Counted from the stretch's first letter, positions 13,095-24,950 are shown. The stretch: DNA of 64,000 bases from Diplonema japonicum (GCA_964019335.1 OZ025707.1:447803-511802); one strand, 5' to 3'. Notes: generated by a model from the sequence alone, not told the origin. Numbers and translations are program-made.

Positions 13095-14672
13095 ATGCTT
13101 ACAGACCGCGACCTGGTGTTAGAAGGCTCCCGGGAGGTGACAAAAAGAGTGAAGGCATATGTAACGCAAGGGGGCAAGCCGGGAGATGTGAATAACATGC
13201 TTGTAGAAGGTTATGAAGGCGGTCCCGACTTGTGCACGTTGTTGGGCGTGTGGAATGAGGGGCTGGCCAAGCTGAGAGGGAAGGAGGCGAAAACGGGGAG
13301 CAGCGTCAGGCAATGCTTGAAGACAATGGTGGGACACGGGGCGCAAAATGCAGAACGGCTGAAGGGTCTGGACGATCTTGTTATGAGTGCTGTCAGCCCA
13401 CCCACCTGGAACGAACTCCTGAGAGTCGACGAGGAATGGTGCAACATCTTATGCTCACTCTGGGTGGAGAAGCCAGACAGCCCTGCATTACGCTTTTTCT
13501 TAACAGGCCTCAAGAGATCCATGGCACCATCATCGCCCCTCCCGAACCCGATTCTCGCAGCAGCGTTCCCATCTGTCTTCCAAGACATGCTTCGAGGAAT
13601 TCTTATGCAGTCATCAACAGATGTTCTCCTTAAGGATGAAGCTTGGGTGTTGCAAACCTGCAATTTAGGGTATCATGCAACACTGCTTGCGGTGTTGTTT
13701 TTGGAGAACTGGAGGAAGGACAAAGCGACGGAGGGGACCGCGCATAAAGCCGACAGGTTGCTGCACGCGATTCAAAAAATGACGGTCGAGACAAGGCCAA
13801 ACCAACTCTCCGCCGCCTTCCCATTCTCCTCGAAGGCCCTCCGCACCATCCTTCACGAAGAGTCTCTCTGCGGTGCCGACGCGGTCAAGATCAAACGTGA
13901 GACCGACCTCACACAGTTCAAGCACCCCGTCCTTCTCCTTCGAATGGTTTCAGAAGCACTTGCATCAGAGAAATGGGTCGACATCCTCATAGACATAACC
14001 AACGCAGACAGGGAAGCCGTTAATGAAGTCCTCTCTGCGTATAAGAAAGCCGAGAAAGTTGCGAATGAAAACTTCCTTCTTGAAGACGTGCTGTCAGATG
14101 TAACACATGAAGTGGTGGAGAGCAGCAAGAGGAGTGGTGTCGCTGCTTTGCTTGCCGTGGTCGGGTTTGGGAACGTGTTGAAGACAGTTGTGGAATCCCT
14201 CTCCGATGAGGTGTCTATCAAAGTTATTCGCTTGGTCCTTAAGGTTCTTCTCGGGGTTGTGGTGGGAAATCGTCCTGCGCTTGGTCCGCTGCTCTCGGAA
14301 CGCATTCATGAGGTGTGCTTGTCGAGTCATACTTCTGATCCTGTTACGGAGCAGGCGTTTTTTTATCTTGCTAGTGCGTTTTTTATCGCAGCTGCTTCGT
14401 CGCCTTCTCCTCTGCCGGCGCTCCACCTTCTTGCGGTGTCCGACCTTTCTCCCCAGAACCGTACCGTGCTCCACTTCACCTTGGCTATGATATTCGTGTA
14501 CCTCCCGCCGCCATACTCCCCCGAGGCGGCCGACGTCGTGAGGTCCCTCGTTGCCACCCCTGCGAGCAAGGAGGCACAGCGAACCTCTTTGCCCGTGCTG
14601 ACACCGTTCATACCAAAACATATCAGACTGGACCCGGCTGCGTTCAAAGAATTCCTGAAGTCCCACGGGTGA
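13095..14672 (+). CDS. NELFCD: Negative elongation factor C/D (TH1-like) homologue
   Basis: RDLVLE…VKAYVTQGGKPGDVNNMLVEGY…LLGVW and PPTWNELL…WCNILCSLWVEKPDSPALRF parallel the recalled TH1 blocks RDYIME…[22 protein letters not shown]…LLAEW and PPAWLEQMI…WRDLFYKLAEAHPDCLMLNF. Confidence 0.7.
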   Translation: MLTDRDLVLEGSREVTKRVKAYVTQGGKPGDVNNMLVEGYEGGPDLCTLLGVWNEGLAKLRGKEAKTGSSVRQCLKTMVGHGAQNAERLKGLDDLVMSAVSPPTWNELLRVDEEWCNILCSLWVEKPDSPALRFFLTGLKRSMAPSSPLPNPILAAAFPSVFQDMLRGILMQSSTDVLLKDEAWVLQTCNLGYHATLLAVLFLENWRKDKATEGTAHKADRLLHAIQKMTVETRPNQLSAAFPFSSKALRTILHEESLCGADAVKIKRETDLTQFKHPVLLLRMVSEALASEKWVDILIDITNADREAVNEVLSAYKKAEKVANENFLLEDVLSDVTHEVVESSKRSGVAALLAVVGFGNVLKTVVESLSDEVSIKVIRLVLKVLLGVVVGNRPALGPLLSERIHEVCLSSHTSDPVTEQAFFYLASAFFIAAASSPSPLPALHLLAVSDLSPQNRTVLHFTLAMIFVYLPPPYSPEAADVVRSLVATPASKEAQRTSLPVLTPFIPKHIRLDPAAFKEFLKSHG

Positions 14673-14809
14673 TGACACCAGGGGAAACGAGAAATAAAAA
14701 AAAGAAGAAACAACATTTGATTTTTTTTTTTCTTTTTTTTTTTTGCCGCCCAGTCAGGTGTAAAATCCCAAAAAGAATCCAGAACTCCGACACAAAAAAA
14801 AGAAAAGAA

Positions 14810-16903
14810 ATGTTCGGTAAGATGGGCGACATGATGCGGGGTGTGGTGAGCACGCCCAAGCGGAAGAAGTCTATAGCAGGGAAGAACGGGTCCCCGGGGT
14901 CGCCGGACGCCTTCAAGTTCGAGGTGATGGAGAACGCGATGCAGGAGAAGCTGAAGATGGGCGTGAAGTACAACATGAAGGTACTGATAAAAGGCGAGAG
15001 AGGCGCGGGGAAGAGCAGCCTGCTGAAGAGGCTGCAGGGAAAGCCCTTCGAAGCGGAGTACACAAAAACACCGCAGATCCAAGCAGCCACCATACACTGG
15101 CACGCGAGCACAAAAGAAGAAGCCGTGAAGGTCGAAGTCTGGGAAGTCATCGACGAAGGTTTCAGAACGCAAGCAATGCAAGACCAATGCAAAAAGCTAC
15201 AAGGCCAAGCTGGACTGCTTGACGCGATTCCCATATCAGATGCCACCAACATCGATGTCTATCGGGATGCGCACTGTGTTATGTTTGTCTTGGATGCCAC
15301 AAACCCCGATGCCCTTAACTACCTCAAAACAGAGCTGCCGAAGATACCGAAGTCCATCTGCGTGCTCGTCCTTCGCAGCAAGTGCGATCTCGACGGTGTC
15401 GTCATCACAGAGGAGCACATCCACAAGGTTGTTGCAACACACAAGCCCGTCTCCACACCATTTCTTCTCAACATCTCCCACAACAAGATCGACTCTGCGT
15501 TCTGTGTTGCCCCGCAGGTCGTCTCGACCTCGATGCTGAACTGTTACGGACTTAAGCAGTTGTACTCTTATCTTAATGTCCCGTTTGAGTTCCTCAGAAC
15601 CATCACCATTGAGGCACAGCTTCGAAAGGTCTGGGAAGGCATTGCATTGGTACAAGCCGGGATCACAGAGGAAGCTTCGGAATCATACTCTGATTACTGC
15701 CTGTGGCTGGAGAGCACTTCGCAGAGCAAGCAAGATGTTGTTGAGGACATTGAGGTGACGGAGTCCGAGGTGAGCGAGCCGGTGCAGCCACAGCAGCAGC
15801 AGCTCCAATCACCCCCCATGATCGAGGGGAAGAAGGAGAAGAAAAAAGGCTTCAAAGCACGCTTTCTCGGTGGGAAACGGAAAGACTCGTCACCATCCTC
15901 GAAGTCGGACAAAGACGCAAAAGAAACCCTCAAAACAGAAACCCCTCAACAAGACGCCCCACCACTCGACTTCACAGGCGGGAAGCAAGAAACGGACCTT
16001 GACGGTCTGGACGGCTTCTTTGGCGACCTCAGCGATGACGACAAAGCGGAAGACGCGAACAGGGTAGCATCTGATATCGATTCTGACGATTTGACAGCAG
16101 GGCAGCTTGCATGGCGCAACGCGAACACAACTACCGCCCAGCGGACGCGTAAACGGAACCCCTCACCGTCCTCAGAAGAGGAAGAACAAGAAGAAGAACA
16201 AGAAAAACCCACACCTGATCCCGAACCCGAACCTGAACCCGTACCCATCGTCAAGAAGGAGACGGAGGAAGAACGCGCGGAGCGAAAAGCCGCCAAGAAA
16301 GAAGCGAAGAAACGGGCCGCCGAGGAAAAACGGCAAGAAGACGCTGCGAAGAGGGAAAAAGAAGCACGGGAAAGACGGGAGTGGAAAGAGAGGGAGGAAA
16401 GAGAGAAAAGAGAACGCGAGGAAGAGGAACAGAAGAAAAACCAAGAGCTAGCTGACGCGGCCATCGACATGGGCATGCCCGAGGATGATGGGTTTTTCAG
16501 TGAAGAGGAAGAAGAAGCCAAAGAACAAAAGGAAATACCTGCAAGTGAAGCGGTGCCTGAAGAGGAAGAGGAAGAAGAAGAAGTAGAACAAACACAACAA
16601 ACAATATCCGAGCCCCCACAAGAGGCCCCGCAAGAGGCCACTCCAGCACCCCAGGGGGCAGAAGCCGTATCCGCCCAAGCGCTTGAAGCCCTAGCCCTTG
16701 CCATGTCATCCATGCAGCAGGACGTTCAGGAAGCCGAGCCCCTCCCCAAGGAGAAGAAGGAAAAGAAACCGAAAAAGGATCGGAGCGAGAGAGACAGGGA
16801 GAAGAAGGAGAAGAGACGCCGGAGAGACGACGGCCCTTCAGGCGAGAAAAAAGAACGAAGAAGGCGGCGCAGAGAAGAAGAGGCATCCAACGAAGGGGAG
16901 TGA
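14810..16903 (+). CDS. RABL6: Rab-like protein 6 (RABL6/PARF) GTPase with acidic/basic C-terminal tail
   Basis: GVKYNMKVLIKGERGAGKSSLLKRLQGKPF..EY..TPQIQ..TIHW…VKVEVWEVID and SMLNCYGLKQLYSYLNVPF match RABL6 family signatures. Likely ATG at 14810. Confidence 0.85.
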   Translation: MFGKMGDMMRGVVSTPKRKKSIAGKNGSPGSPDAFKFEVMENAMQEKLKMGVKYNMKVLIKGERGAGKSSLLKRLQGKPFEAEYTKTPQIQAATIHWHASTKEEAVKVEVWEVIDEGFRTQAMQDQCKKLQGQAGLLDAIPISDATNIDVYRDAHCVMFVLDATNPDALNYLKTELPKIPKSICVLVLRSKCDLDGVVITEEHIHKVVATHKPVSTPFLLNISHNKIDSAFCVAPQVVSTSMLNCYGLKQLYSYLNVPFEFLRTITIEAQLRKVWEGIALVQAGITEEASESYSDYCLWLESTSQSKQDVVEDIEVTESEVSEPVQPQQQQLQSPPMIEGKKEKKKGFKARFLGGKRKDSSPSSKSDKDAKETLKTETPQQDAPPLDFTGGKQETDLDGLDGFFGDLSDDDKAEDANRVASDIDSDDLTAGQLAWRNANTTTAQRTRKRNPSPSSEEEEQEEEQEKPTPDPEPEPEPVPIVKKETEEERAERKAAKKEAKKRAAEEKRQEDAAKREKEARERREWKEREEREKREREEEEQKKNQELADAAIDMGMPEDDGFFSEEEEEAKEQKEIPASEAVPEEEEEEEEVEQTQQTISEPPQEAPQEATPAPQGAEAVSAQALEALALAMSSMQQDVQEAEPLPKEKKEKKPKKDRSERDREKKEKRRRRDDGPSGEKKERRRRRREEEASNEGE

Positions 16904-17255
16904 AAAAAAAAAAATGTTTCAAAAAAAGAAAGTGTCGGACACGCCCCTGTTTTTTTTTTTTTTTTTTCCATCTGATTTTGTGTCCCAAAACCTTTTTGTT
17001 TTGTCCCCCCTCCCCCCACGGGAAAAAAACAAACTATACGGTGCTGCTTCTTGCAGTGATTCCCCCCCCCCCCCCCCCCCCCAGTGAAAGAAAAAAACGT
17101 TTCTTTTTTTCTGGGGGGGTGAGAATGACGAAAAAAGCAAATTTTCTTTCTTTTTATGGTCTCGAACAAAGTGATTTTCTAGGCCTTTTTTTTTTTTCTC
17201 CTCCTCCCCACATCCACTTGTTTTTTATTAAATCTTTTTTTTTTTCAATCCCCGC

Positions 17256-17286
<31 letters not shown>

Positions 17287-17383
17287 AGAGAGAAAAAAGA
17301 AAAAAAGAAATACAAATTTCCCACAGGGGGTTTTGAAAGGGAAAAAAAAAAAAGAAAAAAAAAAAGAAAGTGACAACCACAAA

Positions 17384-19008
17384 ATGAGTGGAGTGCCTGA
17401 TGTAGGCGACAAGCGGAAGGGCATTGATGATGAAGAGGAGCTGACTATCAGGGAGAGATTAGACGACTGCTACTGCCTGCTGGGTCAGCTGGTAGTACAA
17501 GGGATGGACCTTTACGCAGGTAACGGTTGTGTGAGCACAGAGGAACTCATCTTAGTAGCCAGGCTTATGACCCTCAGGAATGTGGGGTATCTACCCCCCG
17601 TTGCCGAGATGTACAGGTCCTTCTCTTTAGACGAAACGCAGCAGCGTATTGACCGTTATAACAGTCATCCAGGACGGGTGGAGTATCCACCCACAAAGGT
17701 GAGCGCTCAGGAAGAAGAGGATGACAGCGAAGAAGCACCGCTGATAAAAGAAAGACCTGCTGCGAAAAAGCCCGCGGCGAAAATATCCAAAACAAAAGAC
17801 GCCCACCAAGAAGAGGACAAGCAGTGGACGGTGAGCTCCGCAGTGGAAAGAATCCCGTTCCAAAACAAGGAGGTCAGGCATCTGACGCTTCCGGAGCTGA
17901 GGGTTTGGCAATTTTCTTTTTTTTTTTTTTTTTTTTTTTTTTCCCCAAAAAAAAAAGAAAAATAAAAAAAAAAAGGGTTGGTTCCAAAACGAAGGTCTCC
18001 AAATGAACTGTGGAATCCGCAGGGCAAGGAAAATCCTGGAAACCCACTGGGTATGTTTTTTTTTTTTTTTTTTCAACAAAAAAAAAAAGAAAAATCGTAC
18101 AGAGAAGCAAGCACAGAGAACACTTGGAAAAGGACATCTACGCAAGGGTATCAAAATCATGGGTGGACAGAAGCGGAGTGGGGGTTAGCTCCATCCGCCC
18201 GGTGGCGAAGGACGTGGTAGTGGACAAAGTTCCAAGCTTCATGATGCACAGGCTAGGGTACCATTTTGAAAACAACGAGACGCTGCCCACGCTAGACGTC
18301 CCAGCAGAAGACCTAAAGTACTTGCCCCGCGAGGTGGACGAATACCTTCGGTCAATGCAGTGTGTGGACTACACACAAGATGCCGACGGGGTCATGCACC
18401 TAGCAATGCTTGGACCCAACACCTTTGCAGGGCTTAGCCAATGGGTCAACGCTGCAGTAAAAGGAAAAGCGAACTCCACATTTGGAGCTGGCGATCCTGA
18501 TGACATCACCTACAACCACAAGATACAAACTGTAGTCGAATGCGCTCTAGGAGAGGAGTTCACGGTGGATTACAATGGACTCTTTGACAAGAAATGTTTA
18601 GAACAGATAACCGGATACAAGGAGAAGTCACGGCAGTTCCAGAAGAACCCCTCTGGCAACGACGGGTCCACTTCGGACGTGAGGCTTGCTAACCTCCCCA
18701 CACATCTCAAACACCTCGAAGGGACGTTTTACATATGCGGATGCTTCAACAACTACCCCCTCTTCCGTAAAAAAGGTACTGTGTTGCCTATGCCGATCTG
18801 GATCGCTTTTCAGGATAATCGGTGGACTTTTTACACCAACCATCTCTTCACCCACGATTGCATTGCGCTCATGGCGTCTAAGGCGGGGAAGGCCTACCCC
18901 AGCGACGTGGAAGGGTGGAGCATGATAGAGACCGTCACCAAGAGAACGGCCAAGCGCCGCAAGAAACAGGACGAGGTCATCAAGCTGAAGTTCACCATTG
19001 TGAAATAG
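17384..19008 (+). CDS. Uncharacterised protein; introns 17903-17975 and 18051-18102
   Basis: Two GT-AG introns join three ORF pieces in frame (…LPELR|GWFQNEGLQ…LETHW|RSKHREHLEK…). Confidence 0.7.
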
Positions 19009-19022
19009 TAAAAAGGAAAGTT

Positions 19023-19061
<39 letters not shown>

Positions 19062-19497
19062 AAGGTTTTTTTTTTTTTTTCTTCTTCTTTTTTTTTTTTC
19101 GGTAGTAGTGTTTCAGACGACGAGAAAGTGTTGTAATTTCATTTTTTTTTTCTCGAGTTTTTTTTTTTTTTTTCTTGGTGGAAAACGGTTTTTTGCACAA
19201 ACAGTCAGCCCGACTCTTTTCCCCCGTTTCCGGAGCATGTCGTGCGTCCTGACACGGTGTCCCCCTCTTTTTTGTTGTTGTTCCCAATGGTTTTCCCATA
19301 GGGTGGGGGGGGAGGGAAGAAAAAAAAAAGCTGTAAAGCCAGCTTATCAGCTGGGGTTTGTAGCGCTCAGCCTGTTGGTAAAGCCTTGTAGTCATACGTT
19401 TGTGTTTAACCCCCCCCCCCACCGTTTTTTTTACCTTTTCTAAAAAAAGAAGAAAGGACCTTTTTCGAAACACACCCCACACCGCATCATAGGAGGT

Positions 19498-20957
19498 ATG
19501 GTAGCAGAGGCGCCGCCCTCTGAGGGCTCCTCAATCGATGCACCTGGAATGCCGCTTTTCGAGCCGTCTCACGATGCAGACGCGAAGCGGCTACTAGACG
19601 AGCAGTTGAAGAGTTTGATGTGGGAGGGCGAGACGTCCTTCAGCTGGGTTGCAAACGAGTCCTTCTGGATTAACTTCGTGAGCCAAGCACAGCTCTCCCC
19701 CGAGGCCTCCAAGCAGCCCCTGTTCAAGGTCAAGGCTTCACACAACGGGTCCGTGCAACTGGTCAACCAAACATGGTTGAAGTCCTTCGTGGGCGCCTGG
19801 GAAAGATCCCACCCACATGTAGTGACGGTCACGGTGCCCGGTGGGAGCAAGAAATTCCACGCGTCAAAAGATTTTTGGAGTAGAGTGTTGCAACTGAAAC
19901 CGACCACCGACGGTACTGTGAAGGCAACGTCCAGCCTTGAGCCCGGTCTTGTGATTTCAACCACGACAGAGGGTTGGAAGGATCTTGTGACGCAGTGGGA
20001 GGTCGACAATAAGTGCACCGCGGAGCACCGCTACGAAGCGTTGCTAAACAGGGAAAAGGAGGTCGTCGAGCAGAAAGCAAGCCACAAAATAGAGGCCACG
20101 GTGTCCCCCCAACCGCAGGCCCAGTCTATAGCGTCTCCCACCCACACTATCCTCACCACCGCTTGTCATAAGTGCGACGAGCTGGCCTCCCGCGTGAAGT
20201 CGCTCGAGGAAATCCTCGCTTCAGCTCCCTCCACCGCTTCATCCCCGAGATTCTCGCCCTCGTTAAAAAGCGTTTCTCAGCAGCGGTCTTTGCCGTCACC
20301 GTCTCAGAAAAGCCCTTTAAAGCGACGGGTTGTTGCGTTGAAAAACATATCCGTGCCCAAGCACGAGACAGCAGTTGTGAAAGGACAACACGGCATGGTG
20401 ACGGGAAACGGCAATAATGACATGCTGGTTGTGAGGTGGGACAGGAGGGAGGATGGGAAGACCTCGCGGGTCTCCGTTGAAGAAAAATGGGTGCGGACGG
20501 TGAACAGCGGGAGGTTGTATGAAGAAGCATCAGGGCCGTTGCTCGACCTGTACGAGCAGTACTCAACCGCGGACGTGATGCCGCTGAAGAAGTTCACCTC
20601 TCTCCTCACCTCGAAGGGTATCCTGACCCCTGCAGAGTGCCACGATGTGTACCTTCAGCTTGTCGGTGTGACCCGTAATGATGGCCTCACTTACGACGGG
20701 TTCAAGTACCATGCCTTGCCACGTGTTTCTGCCCTTACTGAAAGGCGTCATCTAGTCGCTACTCTATTGGGCATACCTATGTACTGCTCGGCGTCTGTGA
20801 GGAGGGGCGGGGCTGAAGGTGCGAAAGACGGTGTTCCAGGTATGGGGGGAAAAAAAAAGAAAATGGAAAAAGAAAAGAAATGTTTCATCCTTCCCCCCTT
20901 CCGCCAGGTGAATATGAACCATATCAATCTTGGCTGAACCAAGGGATAACGGAGTAG
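19498..20957 (+). CDS. Uncharacterised protein with C-terminal EF-hand/TPPP(p25-alpha)-like region; intron 20840-20907
   Basis: Long ORF. MPLKKFTSLLTSKGIL…GLTYDGF..ALPRV resembles the p25-alpha/EF fold. Splicing gives the C-terminus PGEYEPYQSWLNQGITE*. Confidence 0.6.
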
Positions 20958-21816
20958 AAAGTTGATGGAATTTTTTGATGAGAAAAAGAAGGAAAACAAT
21001 AAAAAGAGAGAGAAAAAAAAAAGGGGAAAAAAAATAATAAGAAAAAGCCGAGGTAGTGGTACGTGTTGTTTGGGGGGGGGGGGGGGGGGCTTTTGTTCCT
21101 TTGTTTCACAGGTTAATCGACTCTATTTTCCTTTTTTTTTTTATTTTGCTTGAACAAGAAAAAACAATAATATTGATAATGAATTGTTTATTGCTAAAGA
21201 GTAGTGGTAGCATTGTTGGGCTTATCCTTCTACAGGTTAACCCCCCGGCTGTTCACAAACAACAATCAACGGACTTTTTTTTTTCTTTTTTTTTTTTTTT
21301 CCAGCGCTGCCACGCAGATAGAGAACAGCAGGTAGGCACCCGACAAGTCAACAGGGGACAGAACGAGGTGAAACCTTTTTTTTTTCAAAATGTCCAGTAC
21401 TTTTTTTGTTTGTTTGTTGTAAAAAAAAAGAAGAAGAAAAAAAAAACTAGAATTTGTATGAAAAAGGATGAAGTCGAATTTTTTTTTTATTTACATCACC
21501 TTTTGTTCTTTTTTTTTCTCTCTCTCTTTTTTTCCCCCCCCCTTTTTTTTTCTTTGAACCAGTGAAAAAAAAAAGCATAATAAAACAATCGATTTATTTC
21601 CTCTTTTTTTTTTATTACTTTACTTCTTTTTCTTTTTGTAGTTTTTTTTTTTGCGCTCCGCTTCCCATCCCCTCCCCCCACCTGGCTACTGCCCATGCAA
21701 GCACCATGTGCGCAGGGGGGCAACTAAAAAATGTGTTGGTGAGGTTCGTGTTCCTTCATTCTTTTTTTTTTTCCCCCTCTTTTTTATAACACAATCACCA
21801 AACAAACAGGAGGGAA

Positions 21817-24699
21817 ATGGGCGTCCCGGGATTCTTCGGCTGGCTGGTGCAGCGATGCAGGGCTGCATTAGTGGCTGCACGAAACCCAAACAGCAAGCCG
21901 GGGGACAAGGAAAAGAAGGAAACAGGCGAAGGTGAAGCAGAGCTGTCACGGACACAGATGGACTGCCTGTACCTGGATCTAAACGGGATTATCCACCCTT
22001 GTTGCCATCCAGACACAAACGCCCCGACAACAGAGGAGGAGATGATGAGCAGAATATGTCAGAAAATCGATGAAATTGTTCAACTTGTACGGCCCACGAC
22101 CCTCTTGTTCCTTGCTATTGACGGGACGGCCCCCAGAGCCAAGATGAACCAGCAGCGGACAAGACGCTTCAGAGCTGCTCAAATGCGCGAGACGGAAAAG
22201 GATATCATCGAAGAGGTCAAGCAAGACTGGCTTGACTCGAAGGTCAAGCCCCCTGCAGACAAAGACATTGAAGTGTGGGACAGCAACGTGATCACCCCCG
22301 GCACCCCTTTCATGGACAAGGTAGCAAAGCACCTTGAGTACTACCTCGCGCTCAGGCTAAGCAAGGACCCTGTCTGGGAAGGCCTCACCGTATTGTTCTC
22401 CGGCTCTAACGAACCCGGCGAAGGTGAACACAAAATCATCCAATACATCAAAAGGCAACGCATGGCACCCGGCTACAACCCAAACACAACGCATTGCATT
22501 GTCGGTGAAGACGCCGATCTGATCATGTTGGCAATGTCCATTCACTCACCACACATCTACATCCTCCGTGGAGCGCGGCCTCCAAGAGGCAGAGAACGGG
22601 AGAAGGACGACCCGCGATGGAATTATCTTGTGATATCCATTATCACCGCGTACTTCGAAAAAGTCTTCCAGTCAGTGCTCACCGACGAGAGCATTCCGAA
22701 GGAGAAGCGCGACCTTCAAAGAATGCTCGACGACCTCACGCTGGTCTTCTGCTTGGTTGGGAACGACTTCCTCCCGCACATCCCGGGGATGAAGATCCAA
22801 CACAACGCGCTTGCAGTCTCCCTCCTGGCGTACGTGGAGGTGTTCAGGGAGCTGGACGGTTACCTCACCGATCACGGTGATATCGATCTTCCCAAGCTTG
22901 GCATTCTGTTAGGACGGCTTTCAAACAATTTCCGCACGGTCACTGACTCCGACGCAGACAGAGCCGCGCAGGAGGAGATGCAAACAAGGCCACCCCCACA
23001 GCCTCCCACCATCCCTGAGATCGTCCAGATGAATAGTGTTGGAAAGAAACAAGCCTTCCTAGCAACCGTGAAGTACCATTTGGACATGCATATTGAGAGA
23101 GACATTGAAGAGCAGAAGGCGAACGACAAGGTGTGCGTTGGGAAGGTCGGCTGGGAGGACCGTCACTACCTCGAAAACTTCCCCGAGATGAAGGAGCTCG
23201 TTGATGTGGACGACGAGGCGAAACAAGAGAAACTGGAAGACCTGAAAAAAGACGTTGCAAAGGAGTACCTGAAAGGTTTGTGCTGGGTGGTGGCGTACTA
23301 CTTCCAAGACTGTCCGTCGTGGTCGTGGTACTACCCTTACCATTACTCACCGGTTCTGAACACGGTGGACTGCAGCGTGTTCGAAGACGAGAAGATGGTG
23401 ATGCCGCCCAAGTCGAAGCCGTACACACCCTTCGAGCAGCTGTCAGCCGTCCTCCCTGAAACGACCGCCACAAAGGTGCTCCCCAAGTCCATCACAAAGT
23501 GGTTGATCAACAAGAAGTCCCCGTTGTTCAAGTTCTACCCGAAGTCGTTCTATGTGGACCTCAGAGCGTGCCCGCCGCCATGGCACTGCACGGTCATCCT
23601 GCCGTTCATAGAGGACAAGGTGTACCTCCCGATCCTCAAAAAGCTTCAAAAGAAGGTGAAGGACGAGTCCGACGTCAAACGAAACGGGTCGCGCCCACCG
23701 ATGGTCCTGGTGGGCAAAGCGAACAAACTGTTCAAAGCCGTCAAGAAGCAGCCCAACGGGACAGTGGGGTACTCCAAGTGCAACATTGCTGCGCAGTACA
23801 CATCGGGGTCAGTGCTTACTACCCTTGACTCCCCATTCTCCGCTGACTACGCTACGGATTACCCAACAGTGGAGGAGAGCGGAGTTGCCATCGCAGATGT
23901 TTCATTCCCGCCTTTGGAAAACAAGTCTATGATGCTTGAAGGGACGAACGTTCCCGACCACTCAGCCAGGTTGAAGCCGGGGCAAGGCTGCAAGAAACCA
24001 TCGTTCTCTTTCCAGTCCAGAACAATGAAGGCGGGGCTGCCTATTGTGCTTCAACCGGGGAAGGCGCTGAACTCGCTGCAAATTTACTGGGCAGGCGACG
24101 TGCTACCCTGCATGCACTACGCCAACTGGGGGAAGTGCAAGTACGGGGACGATTGCAGGTACTCACATGATGCCGATGCGGTTAAGAACAACAGCTACAA
24201 CAGCAACAGCGGGAAGAGAACGGCCAGTGTGCTCATTGACGAGGCACCACGGGAGCCTGCCAAGAAGAAGCAGAAGAAGGAGGTTGTTGACTGCACCAAG
24301 CTGTACATCTGTGGCGGGGCAAACATGTCACGAAGTGACCTGGAAACCTTCATTTCAAAGCGAACAGGCATCACACCTGACAAAGTTAAATGGAAGGTAC
24401 CGGGTGGGAAGTCCACAGGTACTGCCGTTGTTCGCTTTGCCACTACCGAGCAGGGGCAGGCTGTGTGTGAGAAGGTCACTGGTAGTACTCTCCCCGGTTC
24501 CTCCCATCCCCTGTCTGTGGAGAAGGCCCCTCAGAAGACAGAAACGCCTGCAGTGGTCCCCGCTGAAGCGCCCCCTGCCAAGAAGCAAAAGAAATCGCAA
24601 CCGTCCGCAGCACCTGCGGAGCCGTCCAAGGCACCTTCTGCATCTCCCATAAAGAAGCAAAAAAAGAAGTTGAAGAAGAAAAAGAAGTCCCAACAATAA
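21817..24699 (+). CDS. XRN2: 5'-3' exoribonuclease, XRN2/Rat1-like, with C-terminal CCCH zinc finger and RRM-like domain
   Basis: MGVPGFFGW, YLDLNGIIHPC, AIDGTAPRAKMNQQR.RRF, DSNVITPGTPFM, PGEGEHKI, GEDADLIML, VGNDFLPH, WSWYYPYHYSP; CMHYANWGKCKYGDDCRYSH (CCCH); KLYICG…GTAVVRF (RNP2/RNP1-like). The family is secure, exact orthology is not. Confidence 0.9.
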   Translation: MGVPGFFGWLVQRCRAALVAARNPNSKPGDKEKKETGEGEAELSRTQMDCLYLDLNGIIHPCCHPDTNAPTTEEEMMSRICQKIDEIVQLVRPTTLLFLAIDGTAPRAKMNQQRTRRFRAAQMRETEKDIIEEVKQDWLDSKVKPPADKDIEVWDSNVITPGTPFMDKVAKHLEYYLALRLSKDPVWEGLTVLFSGSNEPGEGEHKIIQYIKRQRMAPGYNPNTTHCIVGEDADLIMLAMSIHSPHIYILRGARPPRGREREKDDPRWNYLVISIITAYFEKVFQSVLTDESIPKEKRDLQRMLDDLTLVFCLVGNDFLPHIPGMKIQHNALAVSLLAYVEVFRELDGYLTDHGDIDLPKLGILLGRLSNNFRTVTDSDADRAAQEEMQTRPPPQPPTIPEIVQMNSVGKKQAFLATVKYHLDMHIERDIEEQKANDKVCVGKVGWEDRHYLENFPEMKELVDVDDEAKQEKLEDLKKDVAKEYLKGLCWVVAYYFQDCPSWSWYYPYHYSPVLNTVDCSVFEDEKMVMPPKSKPYTPFEQLSAVLPETTATKVLPKSITKWLINKKSPLFKFYPKSFYVDLRACPPPWHCTVILPFIEDKVYLPILKKLQKKVKDESDVKRNGSRPPMVLVGKANKLFKAVKKQPNGTVGYSKCNIAAQYTSGSVLTTLDSPFSADYATDYPTVEESGVAIADVSFPPLENKSMMLEGTNVPDHSARLKPGQGCKKPSFSFQSRTMKAGLPIVLQPGKALNSLQIYWAGDVLPCMHYANWGKCKYGDDCRYSHDADAVKNNSYNSNSGKRTASVLIDEAPREPAKKKQKKEVVDCTKLYICGGANMSRSDLETFISKRTGITPDKVKWKVPGGKSTGTAVVRFATTEQGQAVCEKVTGSTLPGSSHPLSVEKAPQKTETPAVVPAEAPPAKKQKKSQPSAAPAEPSKAPSASPIKKQKKKLKKKKKSQQ

Positions 24700-24919
24700 G
24701 AATAATCACCCCCCTCACCCCTCCTCCTCACCCCTCACACAACACACAAATATCTTAAGCATCCATCCATCCATCATAGTGTACAATATTTCATTTTCTA
24801 AAAAAAAAAAGATTTACCCCCCCCCTTTTTTTGTACTTCTTTTCCTTTCTGAAGTTTTCCGCACACCCTCTGTCCCTCATCATATACATTTTATGAACAA
24901 GAAAAGAAAAAGGGGGGGA

Positions 24920-24950
<31 letters not shown>

